This document shows positions 52,072 through 60,605 of a stretch of DNA of 64,000 nt, in pieces. Location: positions 1,388-65,387 of the forward strand of contig JAFVQL010000078.1 in assembly GCA_017504785.1 (NCBI GenBank), written 5' to 3'. How positions within the stretch are numbered: position 1 is the stretch's first letter; each line of letters starts with the position of its first letter. The notes below the pieces were generated by a model, which did not search any database, was not told where the DNA came from, and saw only the letters and a program-made list of their open reading frames with translations. The DNA is from Clostridia bacterium (GTDB lineage Bacteria > Bacillota > Clostridia > Oscillospirales > CAG-272). The position numbers were made by a program, and so were the translations under genes.

Positions 52072-53448
52072 ATGGAATATCGTATTGAACACGATTCTAT
52101 GGGTGAGATGAAGGTTCCTGCCGACCGTCTTTGGGCGGCGCAGACGCAGAGAAGTCATGAGAACTTCGAGATCGGCGTCGGGATCGAAACCATGCCCGCA
52201 GAGATCATTCACGCCTTTGGCTTCCTGAAAAAGGCGGCGGCGATCACGAACAATAAGCTTCGCCCCGAAAAGATGACGGAGGAAAAGCTCGGCGCGATCA
52301 AGGCGGCGTGCGACGAGGTGATGGCAGGGAAGCTGAACGGCCATTTTCCTCTCGTCGTATGGCAGACCGGATCGGGAACGCAGTCGAACATGAACTCCAA
52401 CGAGGTCATTGCCAACCGCGGAAACCAGATCCTCGGAAAGAAGCTTCTGCATCCCAACGACGATTCGAATATGAGCCAGTCCTCCAACGATACGTTCCCC
52501 ACGGCAATGCACATCGCGGCGGTTCTCGCGCTTGAGGATAAGCTCGTTCCCGCAGTGAAGGAGCTGATCGCTACCTTCGTAAGACTCGAAAAGGAAAACG
52601 AGGGCATCGTAAAGAGCGGCAGAACGCATCTGCAGGATGCAACTCCGATCAAGTTCAGCCAGGAGATCAGCGGCTGGAGATCCAGCCTTGAAAAGGACGT
52701 GGAGCTGATCGAGCGATCCATCGAGCCTCTTCGCGAGCTTGCTCTCGGCGGCACGGCGGTCGGCACGGGTCTGAATGCGCCCAAGGGCTTTGATACCGGC
52801 GTGGCGGAGGAGGTCTCGAAGATCACCGGAAAGAAATTCGTGACCGCATCCAATAAGTTCCATGCGCTCACCTCGAAGGATGAGCTCGTATTTGCACACG
52901 GCGCGATCAAGGCGCTGGCTTGTGACATGATGAAGATCGCAAACGATATTCGTTGGCTTGCATCCGGACCGAGAGACGGACTTGGCGAGATCTTCATTCC
53001 CGAGAATGAGCCCGGCTCCTCTATCATGCCCGGCAAGGTGAACCCCACGCAGTGCGAGGCGGTCACCATGGTAGCCGTTCAGGTTATTGGAAACGACGTT
53101 GCGGTCAGCATGGCGGCATCGCAGGGCAATTTCGAGCTGAACGTGTTTATGCCCGTTTGCATCTACAACTTCCTTCAGTCCGCAAGACTTCTTGCGGAGG
53201 CGATCGTTTCCTTTAATAAGAACTGTGCCGTAGGCATCAAGGCAAACAAGGAAAAGATGCACCACAATCTTCACAATTCTCTTATGCTCGTCACCGCCCT
53301 TAACCCCTATATCGGTTATGAAAATGCGGCAAAGACGGCAAAAAAGGCGTTTAAGGATAATATTTCTCTAAAGGAGGCCTGCGTTGCGCTCGGCTTCCTG
53401 ACGGAAGAAAAATTTGACGAGGTCTTCCACCCCGAACAGATGGTATAA
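52072..53448 (+). CDS. fumC: Class II fumarate hydratase
   Basis: 458 aa with the GSSIMPGKVNPTQCE signature. The N-terminus MEYRIEHDSMGEMKVPADRLWAAQTQRS is also typical. Confidence 0.95.
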   Translation: MEYRIEHDSMGEMKVPADRLWAAQTQRSHENFEIGVGIETMPAEIIHAFGFLKKAAAITNNKLRPEKMTEEKLGAIKAACDEVMAGKLNGHFPLVVWQTGSGTQSNMNSNEVIANRGNQILGKKLLHPNDDSNMSQSSNDTFPTAMHIAAVLALEDKLVPAVKELIATFVRLEKENEGIVKSGRTHLQDATPIKFSQEISGWRSSLEKDVELIERSIEPLRELALGGTAVGTGLNAPKGFDTGVAEEVSKITGKKFVTASNKFHALTSKDELVFAHGAIKALACDMMKIANDIRWLASGPRDGLGEIFIPENEPGSSIMPGKVNPTQCEAVTMVAVQVIGNDVAVSMAASQGNFELNVFMPVCIYNFLQSARLLAEAIVSFNKNCAVGIKANKEKMHHNLHNSLMLVTALNPYIGYENAAKTAKKAFKDNISLKEACVALGFLTEEKFDEVFHPEQMV

Positions 53449-53463
53449 AACGGAGGTAATTCA

Positions 53464-54258
53464 ATGAAAGTCAGTTATTTCCCCGGGTGCACCCTGAAGA
53501 ATAAGGCAAAGGATCTGGATGCATATGCGTACAGATCGGCCGAGGCTCTGGGCGTTACCTTGGAAGAAATTGAAAATTGGCAGTGCTGCGGCGGCGTATT
53601 CACTACGTCGCAGGATGAGGTTGCCACAAAGCTTTCGTCGGTGCGCGCGCTGAAGTATGCGGCCGACCGCGAGCAGCCTCTCGTAACGGTTTGCTCCGCC
53701 TGCCATAACGTGATCAAGCAAACCAATCACGCGATGCAGACCAATAAGGAGTTTTCTGCAAAGGTGAACCGCTACATGGCAAACGACGGCGGATACAACG
53801 GAGAAGCAGAGGTATATCACTATCTCGAAATGCTCCGCGATCTCGTCGGCTTTGACAAGGTGAAGGAAGCGGTGAAAAACACCCTGAAGGGCAAAAAGAT
53901 CGCCGCGTATTACGGTTGTCTGCTTTTGAGGCCAAGCAAGGTCATGGGCATGGACGATCCCGAGAATCCCGTGATCATGGAGGATCTCATCCGTGCGCTC
54001 GGCGCGGAGGCGGTCATTTTCGCGAGAAGAAACGAGTGCTGCGGCGCATATACGTCTGTTGAAAGCCCCGAAACCGCAAAGAGAAATGCGAGCGCGATCG
54101 TAGAGAACGCAAAGGCGGCGGGTGCGGAAATGATCATCACGGCTTGCCCGCTTTGCAAGTATAACCTTGTAAAGAACGGTGCGGATATTCCTGTTGTTTA
54201 TTTCACCGAGATCCTCGCAGAGGCACTCGGCGTAAAGGAGGATACAGATGGAAAATAA
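53464..54258 (+). CDS. hdrB: Heterodisulfide reductase subunit B-like protein (two CCG domains)
   Basis: 264 aa with two CCG motifs: FPGC...WQCCGG...CSAC and YYGC...ECCGA...CPLC. Confidence 0.85.
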   Translation: MKVSYFPGCTLKNKAKDLDAYAYRSAEALGVTLEEIENWQCCGGVFTTSQDEVATKLSSVRALKYAADREQPLVTVCSACHNVIKQTNHAMQTNKEFSAKVNRYMANDGGYNGEAEVYHYLEMLRDLVGFDKVKEAVKNTLKGKKIAAYYGCLLLRPSKVMGMDDPENPVIMEDLIRALGAEAVIFARRNECCGAYTSVESPETAKRNASAIVENAKAAGAEMIITACPLCKYNLVKNGADIPVVYFTEILAEALGVKEDTDGK

Positions 54259-54637
54259 TAAGTATCTTCGCGAAGAGATCTTGAGAATGAGCGGTGTCAA
54301 TACGAGCAAGTGCATGAAATGCGGTAAATGCTCTGCGACCTGCCCCGCATACGACGAGATGGAGTATCATCCCCATCAGTTCGTCGGCATGGTGGAAATG
54401 GGAGATATCGAGCCCCTTCTCAAATCCGAGTCGCTCTATAAATGCTTATCCTGCTTCGCTTGCGTGGAGAGATGCCCGAGAGGCGTCGAGCCTGCAAAGG
54501 TCGTAGAGGCGGTGCGCCTCGTTGCGGTAAGACGTCAGGGCGCCAACCGTATGACGGCAAACGACGTTCCCGAAACGATCGAAGAGGATACGCCTCAGCA
54601 GCTTCTTGTAAGCGCATTCAGAAAATATACGAAGTAA
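54248..54637 (+). CDS. hdrC: Heterodisulfide reductase subunit C-like 4Fe-4S protein
   Basis: 129 aa with CMKCGKCSATCP and CLSCFACVERCP. It overlaps hdrB by 11 nt. Confidence 0.8.
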   Translation: MENNKYLREEILRMSGVNTSKCMKCGKCSATCPAYDEMEYHPHQFVGMVEMGDIEPLLKSESLYKCLSCFACVERCPRGVEPAKVVEAVRLVAVRRQGANRMTANDVPETIEEDTPQQLLVSAFRKYTK

Positions 54638-54652
54638 GGAGGAAAACACGGA

Positions 54653-56647
54653 ATGCAAAGAGTTGGTGTTTTTGTATGCTGGTGTGGAAGCAACATTGCA
54701 GGCACGGTAGACGTGCAGGCTGTATCCGAGGCGCTGAAAAACGAGCCCGGTGTAGTTTATTCCGCCAATTATCAGTACATGTGCTCTCAGGCCGGCCAGG
54801 AAATGATCAAGGCCGCCGTGAAGGAGCATCGTCTCACGGGAATCGTGGTTTGCTCCTGCTCTCCGAGAATGCACGAGGCAACCTTCCGTAAGACCGCGGC
54901 GGCGGCAGGGCTGAACCCCTATATGGTAGAGATCGCCAATATCCGCGAGCAGTGCTCTTGGGTACATAAGGATATGATGACGGGTACGGAAAAGGCGATC
55001 ATCCTCGGTAAGGCGGCGATCGCAAAGGTGAACCTTAACGCGCCCCTGACCCCCGGAGAATCTCCCGTAACCAAGCGTGCCCTCGTCATCGGCGGCGGTA
55101 TCGCAGGTATTCAGACGGCGCTGGACATTGCCGATGCGGGCTTCCCCGTAGACATCGTGGAGAAGCAGCCCACGATCGGCGGTAAGATGGCGCAGCTGGA
55201 TAAGACCTTCCCGACCTTGGACTGCGCGGCTTGTATCCTCACCCCCAAAATGGTGGACGTAGCGCAGAACGAGAAAATTCGTATCTTCTCTTACAGTGAG
55301 GTGACTGACGTGCATGGCTTCGTCGGTAACTTCGACGTAAAGATCAAGAAAAAGGCAAGATACGTAAAAGAGGATATTTGTACCGGTTGCGGTGCGTGCG
55401 TTGAAAAGTGCCCGATGAAGAAGGTGCCCAATGAGTTCAACCTCGGCATGGACAACCGTCACGCGATCTACATTCCCTTCGCGCAGGCAGTGCCGAAGGT
55501 TGCCACGATCGATCCGAACGCTTGCAATATGCTGAAGAACGGCAAGTGCGGCGTTTGCGCCAAGGTTTGTGCCGCGGGCGCGATCGATTATAAGCAGAAG
55601 GATGAGATCATTGAAGAAAAATACGGTGCGATCGTGGTTGCGACCGGCTTCAACCCCATCAGCATGGATAAGTTTGATGAGTTTGCGTATAGCCAGTCCA
55701 AGGACGTGATCACCTCGCTTGAATTCGAGCGTCTGACCAACGCGGCAGGCCCCTCCGCAGGTAAGCTTCTTCGCCCCTCGGACGGCAAGCATCCGCACAC
55801 GATCGTGTTCGTTCAGTGCGTAGGCTCGCGCTGTGCGGCCTGTGCCGAAAAGGGTAAGGAATACTGCTCGAAGATCTGCTGTATGTACACGGCAAAGCAC
55901 GCAATGCTCACCCGTGATAAGTATCCGGATACCGAGGTTTACGTATTCTATATCGATGCAAGAACCCCCGGTAAAAACTTTGATGAGTTCTACCGCCGCG
56001 CGGTAGAGGAATACGGCGTGAAGTATATTAAGGGTATGGTCGGTAAGGTCGTCCCCGAGGGCGATAAGCTCAAGGTGCAAGCGTCCGATCTGATCGCGAA
56101 TAAGCAGCTTCACATCGATGCCGATCTCGTGGTGCTGGCAGCGGCGATCGAGCCGGATAAGTCCGCGCGTCCTCTTGCGACGATGCTGACCGCGAGCATG
56201 GATACCAACGATTTCTTCACCGAGGCGCATCCCAAGCTTCGTCCCGTAGAGAGCCCCACGGCGGGCGTGTTCCTCTCGGGCGCGTGCCAGGGTCCCAAGG
56301 ATATTCCCGAAACCGTATCGCAGGCAGGTGCGGCGGCCTCCAAGGTCATCGGCCTTCTTGCCAAGGATAAGCTCACGGGCAACCCCTGCGTTGCAAGCTC
56401 GAACGAGCTGATGTGTAACGGATGCTCTACCTGTGAAAGAGTATGTCCCTACGGAGCGATCACGTATATCGATAAGGAATTCCGTATGCCCGACAGAACC
56501 ACGAAGATACGTCGCGTAGCCGTTGTCAATCCCGCGGTTTGCCAGGGATGCGGCGCTTGTACCGTAGCTTGCCCCTCGGGTGCTATGGACCTGAACGGAT
56601 TTAAGAACAGTCAGATTATGGCGGAGGTTGATGCAATATGCAAGTAA
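54653..56647 (+). CDS. hdrA: Heterodisulfide reductase subunit A-like FAD/FeS protein
   Basis: 664 aa with N-terminal Cys motifs (VCWCGSNI, CSCSPRMH), the FAD fold VIGGGIAGIQTALDIADAG, inserted ferredoxin motifs (CTGCGACVEKCP, CGVCAKVCA) and C-terminal CNGCSTCERVCP / CQGCGACTVACP. Confidence 0.88.
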   Translation: MQRVGVFVCWCGSNIAGTVDVQAVSEALKNEPGVVYSANYQYMCSQAGQEMIKAAVKEHRLTGIVVCSCSPRMHEATFRKTAAAAGLNPYMVEIANIREQCSWVHKDMMTGTEKAIILGKAAIAKVNLNAPLTPGESPVTKRALVIGGGIAGIQTALDIADAGFPVDIVEKQPTIGGKMAQLDKTFPTLDCAACILTPKMVDVAQNEKIRIFSYSEVTDVHGFVGNFDVKIKKKARYVKEDICTGCGACVEKCPMKKVPNEFNLGMDNRHAIYIPFAQAVPKVATIDPNACNMLKNGKCGVCAKVCAAGAIDYKQKDEIIEEKYGAIVVATGFNPISMDKFDEFAYSQSKDVITSLEFERLTNAAGPSAGKLLRPSDGKHPHTIVFVQCVGSRCAACAEKGKEYCSKICCMYTAKHAMLTRDKYPDTEVYVFYIDARTPGKNFDEFYRRAVEEYGVKYIKGMVGKVVPEGDKLKVQASDLIANKQLHIDADLVVLAAAIEPDKSARPLATMLTASMDTNDFFTEAHPKLRPVESPTAGVFLSGACQGPKDIPETVSQAGAAASKVIGLLAKDKLTGNPCVASSNELMCNGCSTCERVCPYGAITYIDKEFRMPDRTTKIRRVAVVNPAVCQGCGACTVACPSGAMDLNGFKNSQIMAEVDAICK

Positions 56648-57072
56648 ATGAATATAAGCCCTTAATCGTTGCGTTTTGTTGCAACTGGTGCTCTTATGCA
56701 GGCGCAGACCTTGCGGGAAACAACCGTCTTGCCTATCCCGCTGACGTAAAGATCATCCGCGTTCCTTGCTCCTGCAGAGTCAATCCCATGTTCATTCTCC
56801 GCGCCTTCCAAAGAGGAGCGGACGGTGTGATCATCTGCGGTTGCCATCCCGGCGACTGCCATTATACCTCGGGCAACTATTACACGCGCCGCCGTATGGC
56901 AGCCCTCTTCTCCATGCTGGATTTCCTCGGTATCGAGAGAGCGCGTACCCGCGTGGAATGGGTTTCTGCCGCAGAGGGTGCAAAGTTCGCCGCAACGATG
57001 AACGATTTTGCTGAAAAGGTTGCGGCCCTTGGAGAAAATAAGAGATTGGAGGATCTGAGATGCAAAAAATAA
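56638..57072 (+). CDS. mvhD: MvhD/FlxD-like [2Fe-2S] protein (methyl-viologen-reducing hydrogenase delta subunit family)
   Basis: 144 aa with FCCNWCSYAGADLAG...VPCSCRVNP...IICGCHPGDCHY. It overlaps hdrA by 10 nt. Confidence 0.88.
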   Translation: MQVNEYKPLIVAFCCNWCSYAGADLAGNNRLAYPADVKIIRVPCSCRVNPMFILRAFQRGADGVIICGCHPGDCHYTSGNYYTRRRMAALFSMLDFLGIERARTRVEWVSAAEGAKFAATMNDFAEKVAALGENKRLEDLRCKK

Positions 57073-58058
57073 CCCGTGAACAGCTGCTCGAAAAGGCCTG
57101 TGCGCTTCTTGCAAGCGGTGAAGTCAGCTGTGTGCTTGGCTGGGGCGCGGGCGAGTTTGGCTACGACGTGACTCCGACCGTTTTCAAAACCGCCGAGGAG
57201 TTGAAGGAAGGCTTCGTCTTCGGAGATTTCTGCGGTGTGAATTTCTCGAAATATCTCGTTTCCAAAACGCAGAAGCTTGAGGGAAAGATCCTCGTCTTCC
57301 TGAAGCCCTGTGATACGTATAGCTTCAATCAGCTCCTCACCGAGCACCGCTTTGACCGCGAAAAGGTATACGCCGTCGGCATCCCCTGCGAAGGTATGGC
57401 CGATATCGCGAAGGTCAAGGCGATCGCAGGCGAGGGAATCGTCTCGATCGAAGCCAAGGGCGAAAAGCTCCTCGTTACAACGCTTTATGAGGATGCGCCC
57501 GTAGAGATCGATGCAAAGGACGTGCTTGCCGAGCGCTGCGTCAACTGCAAGAGCAAAAAGCACGTGGCGTACGACGAGCTTCTCGGCGAGGAGGGCGACG
57601 TTTTGGACAGCGCCCGCTTCGATGAGGTCGCGCGCCTCGAGGCGATGACGCCGGATGAGAGATTTGCCTTCTGGCAAAACGAGCTTTCGAAATGCATCCG
57701 TTGCAACGCTTGCCGCGATGCCTGCCCCGCATGCACCTGCGAGAAGTGCGTTTTCGATAACCCGAATTCGGGCGTGGAAAATAAATCTCCCGCCAATAGC
57801 TTTGAAGAAAAAATGTTCCATATCATTCGCGCATTCCATGTGGCCGGTCGTTGCACCGACTGCGGTGAGTGCTCGAGAGTCTGCCCGCAGAACATTCCTC
57901 TCCACCTTCTGAACCGCAAGTTCATCAAGGATATCAACGAGTTCTACGGTGAGTATCAGGCAGGTGCCGAGGTCGGTGCGAGAGCACCCCTTGTGAACTA
58001 TACCACCGAGGATCTTGAGCCCGGAGAGGTCTTTGATAGGAGGGGTGAAAATGCTTAA
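57060..58058 (+). CDS. AsrA/HydB-like iron-sulfur protein (FlxC-like position)
   Basis: 332 aa with CIRCNACRDACPACTCEKC and RCTDCGECSRVCP. It overlaps mvhD by 13 nt. Confidence 0.65.
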   Translation: MQKITREQLLEKACALLASGEVSCVLGWGAGEFGYDVTPTVFKTAEELKEGFVFGDFCGVNFSKYLVSKTQKLEGKILVFLKPCDTYSFNQLLTEHRFDREKVYAVGIPCEGMADIAKVKAIAGEGIVSIEAKGEKLLVTTLYEDAPVEIDAKDVLAERCVNCKSKKHVAYDELLGEEGDVLDSARFDEVARLEAMTPDERFAFWQNELSKCIRCNACRDACPACTCEKCVFDNPNSGVENKSPANSFEEKMFHIIRAFHVAGRCTDCGECSRVCPQNIPLHLLNRKFIKDINEFYGEYQAGAEVGARAPLVNYTTEDLEPGEVFDRRGENA

Positions 58059-59079
58059 ATGTTCTTTGGATAAGCTACAAGCGCTTTTTGCGAAAATTGC
58101 AGAAAATGCAAAGCTTTATTTACCTATTGATAATTCCGACGGTACGGCTTCCTACGGGGAGTGGAGCGAGGGCACCGCGTGGTCGAATGCCTTGAACACC
58201 ACGAAAAGCCCCAAGGACTTCTTCTTTCCTCAAACCGAGGACCTGATGAAGTTCAAGACCGAAGGGAAAAATATCGAGGTGATCGACGTGCGCCGCGAGT
58301 GCGAGGATTTCGTTATCTTCGGTGTGCGCGCGTGTGACGTAAAGAGCTTCGATATCCTTGACAGAGTGTTTTTGACCGAGCCGCGCGACAGCTACTACGC
58401 CATGAAGCGCGCGCACGGCATCATCGTTTCCGTTGCTTGCCAAAAGCCTGCCGAGACCTGCTTCTGCGGCACGTTCGGCATCGATGCGACCGAGCCGGCA
58501 GGTGACGTGACCGCTTGGAAGAGCGAGGATGCGCTCTACCTGCGCGCCAATACCGAGAAGGGAAGTGCTCTGCTTGATAAGCTCGCCGATCTTCTCGAGG
58601 AGGGCTCCGACGAGGCGGTAACCGCCCAGAAGGAAAAGACCAAGAAGATCCTCGATAAGCTTCCTTTGAAGGAGCTGACCACCGATGCCTTCGGCGGCGG
58701 AAAAACCAAGGAGCTCTTTGACGATCCCGCATGGGACGCGCTTTCCGCGACCTGCCTCGGCTGCGGAACCTGCACCTTCGTTTGCCCCACCTGCCAGTGC
58801 TACGATATCAAGGATTTCAATACCGGTAACGGCGTTGTCCGTTACAGATGCTGGGATTCCTGCATGTATTCCGAATTCACCCGAATGGCACACGGTAATA
58901 ACCGACTGACGCAGAAGGAGCGCTTCCGTCAGAGATTCATGCATAAGCTCGTGTATTTCCCCGAAAACAACGACGGTATGTTCAGCTGCGTTGGTTGCGG
59001 CCGATGCCTTGCAAAGTGCCCGATCTCGATGAACATCGTGAAGGTCATGAAGAAGATTGGAGGAAATAAAGGTGAATAA
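58051..59079 (+). CDS. AsrA/HydB-like iron-sulfur protein, tandem paralog (FlxB-like position)
   Basis: ATG at 58051 after GGAGGGG, 342 aa, with CLGCGTCTFVCPTCQCYD and CVGCGRCLAKCP. It overlaps the upstream gene by 8 nt. Confidence 0.7.
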   Translation: MLKCSLDKLQALFAKIAENAKLYLPIDNSDGTASYGEWSEGTAWSNALNTTKSPKDFFFPQTEDLMKFKTEGKNIEVIDVRRECEDFVIFGVRACDVKSFDILDRVFLTEPRDSYYAMKRAHGIIVSVACQKPAETCFCGTFGIDATEPAGDVTAWKSEDALYLRANTEKGSALLDKLADLLEEGSDEAVTAQKEKTKKILDKLPLKELTTDAFGGGKTKELFDDPAWDALSATCLGCGTCTFVCPTCQCYDIKDFNTGNGVVRYRCWDSCMYSEFTRMAHGNNRLTQKERFRQRFMHKLVYFPENNDGMFSCVGCGRCLAKCPISMNIVKVMKKIGGNKGE

Positions 59080-59905
59080 TGTAAATGATACTTTGATTCC
59101 GACCGTCGGCGTCATTACCGATGTTCGCATTGACACGCCGGATATCAAAACCTTCCGCGTGGTAACCACCGACGGAAAGAAGGCGTTTGATCACCGTCCC
59201 GGTCAGTGTGCAATGCTCTCTATCCCGGGTGTTGGCGAGGCGATGTTCTCTATCACCTCTTCGCCCACGAACACCGAATATATGGAGTTTTCCATTAAGA
59301 AGTGCGGCTGTGTGACCGAATGGCTGCATCAGGCAGAGGTAGGCCAGCAGATCACGATCCGTGGGCCTTACGGCAAGCCTTTCCCCGTGGACGACGTGTT
59401 CGCAGGAAAGAACCTTCTCTTTATCGCGGGCGGTGTAGGACTTGCGCCCCTGCGCTCGGTCATCAACTACTGCCGTCACTACCGCGACCGCTACGGCGAT
59501 ATCGATATCGTATACGGCTCGCGCAGTAAGGCAGATCTTCTGGACTATCAGGAGATCATCGATGAGTGGTCGAACGATGCGGGCGTCAGAGTGCATCTGA
59601 CGATCGATAACGCACAGCCTGATTGGGACGGTCACGTAGGCTTCGTTCCGAACTACGTAAAGGAGCTTGGCTTTGACACCAATAAGACCGCCGTGCTTTG
59701 CGGACCGCCCATTATGATCAAGTTTACCCTGGAAGGCCTCGTTGCTCTCGGCTTTGACAAGACGCAGGTATACACCACGCTGGAGCTTCGCATGAAGTGC
59801 GGTGTCGGCAAGTGCGGAAGATGCAACGTGGGCGCAAAGTACGTCTGCAAGGATGGCCCCGTATTCAGATGCGACGAGCTTGAAGAGCTTCCGAGCGAAT
59901 ATTAA
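59072..59905 (+). CDS. AsrB/HydG/FlxA-like FAD- and NAD(P)H-binding oxidoreductase with C-terminal [2Fe-2S] site
   Basis: The likely GTG start at 59072 follows GGAGGA (the tracked ORF starts at 59057). It has ...RPGQCAMLSIPGVGEAMFSITSSP... (FAD), LLFIAGGVGLAPLRS (NAD(P)H) and CGVGKCGRCNVG. Confidence 0.75.
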   Translation: MNNVNDTLIPTVGVITDVRIDTPDIKTFRVVTTDGKKAFDHRPGQCAMLSIPGVGEAMFSITSSPTNTEYMEFSIKKCGCVTEWLHQAEVGQQITIRGPYGKPFPVDDVFAGKNLLFIAGGVGLAPLRSVINYCRHYRDRYGDIDIVYGSRSKADLLDYQEIIDEWSNDAGVRVHLTIDNAQPDWDGHVGFVPNYVKELGFDTNKTAVLCGPPIMIKFTLEGLVALGFDKTQVYTTLELRMKCGVGKCGRCNVGAKYVCKDGPVFRCDELEELPSEY

Positions 59906-59918
59906 AGGAGAAAAAAGA

Positions 59919-60593
59919 ATGGAAAAGACAGTCAATATATTTCTTTTCGGTAAAAAATACGAAGTACCGGAAAATCTGACCATTATGACCGCAATGGAAT
60001 ATGCAGGCTACCAGCTCGTTCGCGGATGCGGATGCAGAAACGGCTTCTGCGGTGCCTGTGCAACCATTTACCGTATCAAGGGAGATAAGGAGCTGCATGC
60101 GTGCCTCGCATGCCAGACCAAGGTTGAGGATAATATGTATATCGCGACCCTGCCTTTCTTCCCCCTTGTAAAAGAGGTTTACGACATTGAGAAGATCCCC
60201 GTGAACGAAACCGTGATGATGCAGCTCTATCCCGAGATCTACGCTTGCATCGGATGCAACGCCTGCACCAAGGCTTGCACGCAGGGACTGAACGTTATGC
60301 AGTACATCGCTTATGCACAGCGCGGCGATTTCGAGAAGTGTGCAGAGGAGTCCTTTGACTGCGTAATGTGCGGCGTTTGCTCGTCCAGATGCCCCGCAGG
60401 CATCTCGCATCCGCAGGTTGCTATGCTTGCAAGAAGAATCAACGGTAAGTACCTTGCGCCCGGATGCGGCCACCTTGAGGATCGCGTGAAGGAGATCAAG
60501 GACGGCACGTTTAACGATCTGATCGAGGCTCTCATGCAGAAGCCCATCGAGGAGCTGAAAGAGCTCTACAACACCCGCGAGATCGAAAAGTAA
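59919..60593 (+). CDS. Succinate dehydrogenase/fumarate reductase iron-sulfur subunit-like protein
   Basis: ATG at 59919 after AAAGGAG, 224 aa. It has a [2Fe-2S] motif CRNGFCGACATIYRIKGDKELHACLAC and cluster motifs CIGCNACTKAC and CVMCGVCSSRCP. Confidence 0.75.
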   Translation: MEKTVNIFLFGKKYEVPENLTIMTAMEYAGYQLVRGCGCRNGFCGACATIYRIKGDKELHACLACQTKVEDNMYIATLPFFPLVKEVYDIEKIPVNETVMMQLYPEIYACIGCNACTKACTQGLNVMQYIAYAQRGDFEKCAEESFDCVMCGVCSSRCPAGISHPQVAMLARRINGKYLAPGCGHLEDRVKEIKDGTFNDLIEALMQKPIEELKELYNTREIEK

Positions 60594-60605
60594 GGAGGAA
60601 GCAAG

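Noticed and set aside
54446-56230. 594-aa - strand ORF opposite hdrC/hdrA. The similar antisense ORFs are 46809-48221, 50571-51944, 52054-53274, 37838-39085, 7274-8614 and 8737-10101.
   Set aside because: All lie antisense to genes with strong family signatures. Their products are Arg/Leu/Gly/His-rich without motifs, signal peptides or plausible RBSs.
54653-57072. Selenocysteine (in-frame TGA) or frameshift in hdrA/mvhD, as seen in some anaerobes
   Set aside because: Both genes are continuous ORFs of normal length with Cys at the expected positions. No interrupted frame or SECIS-like hairpin is needed.
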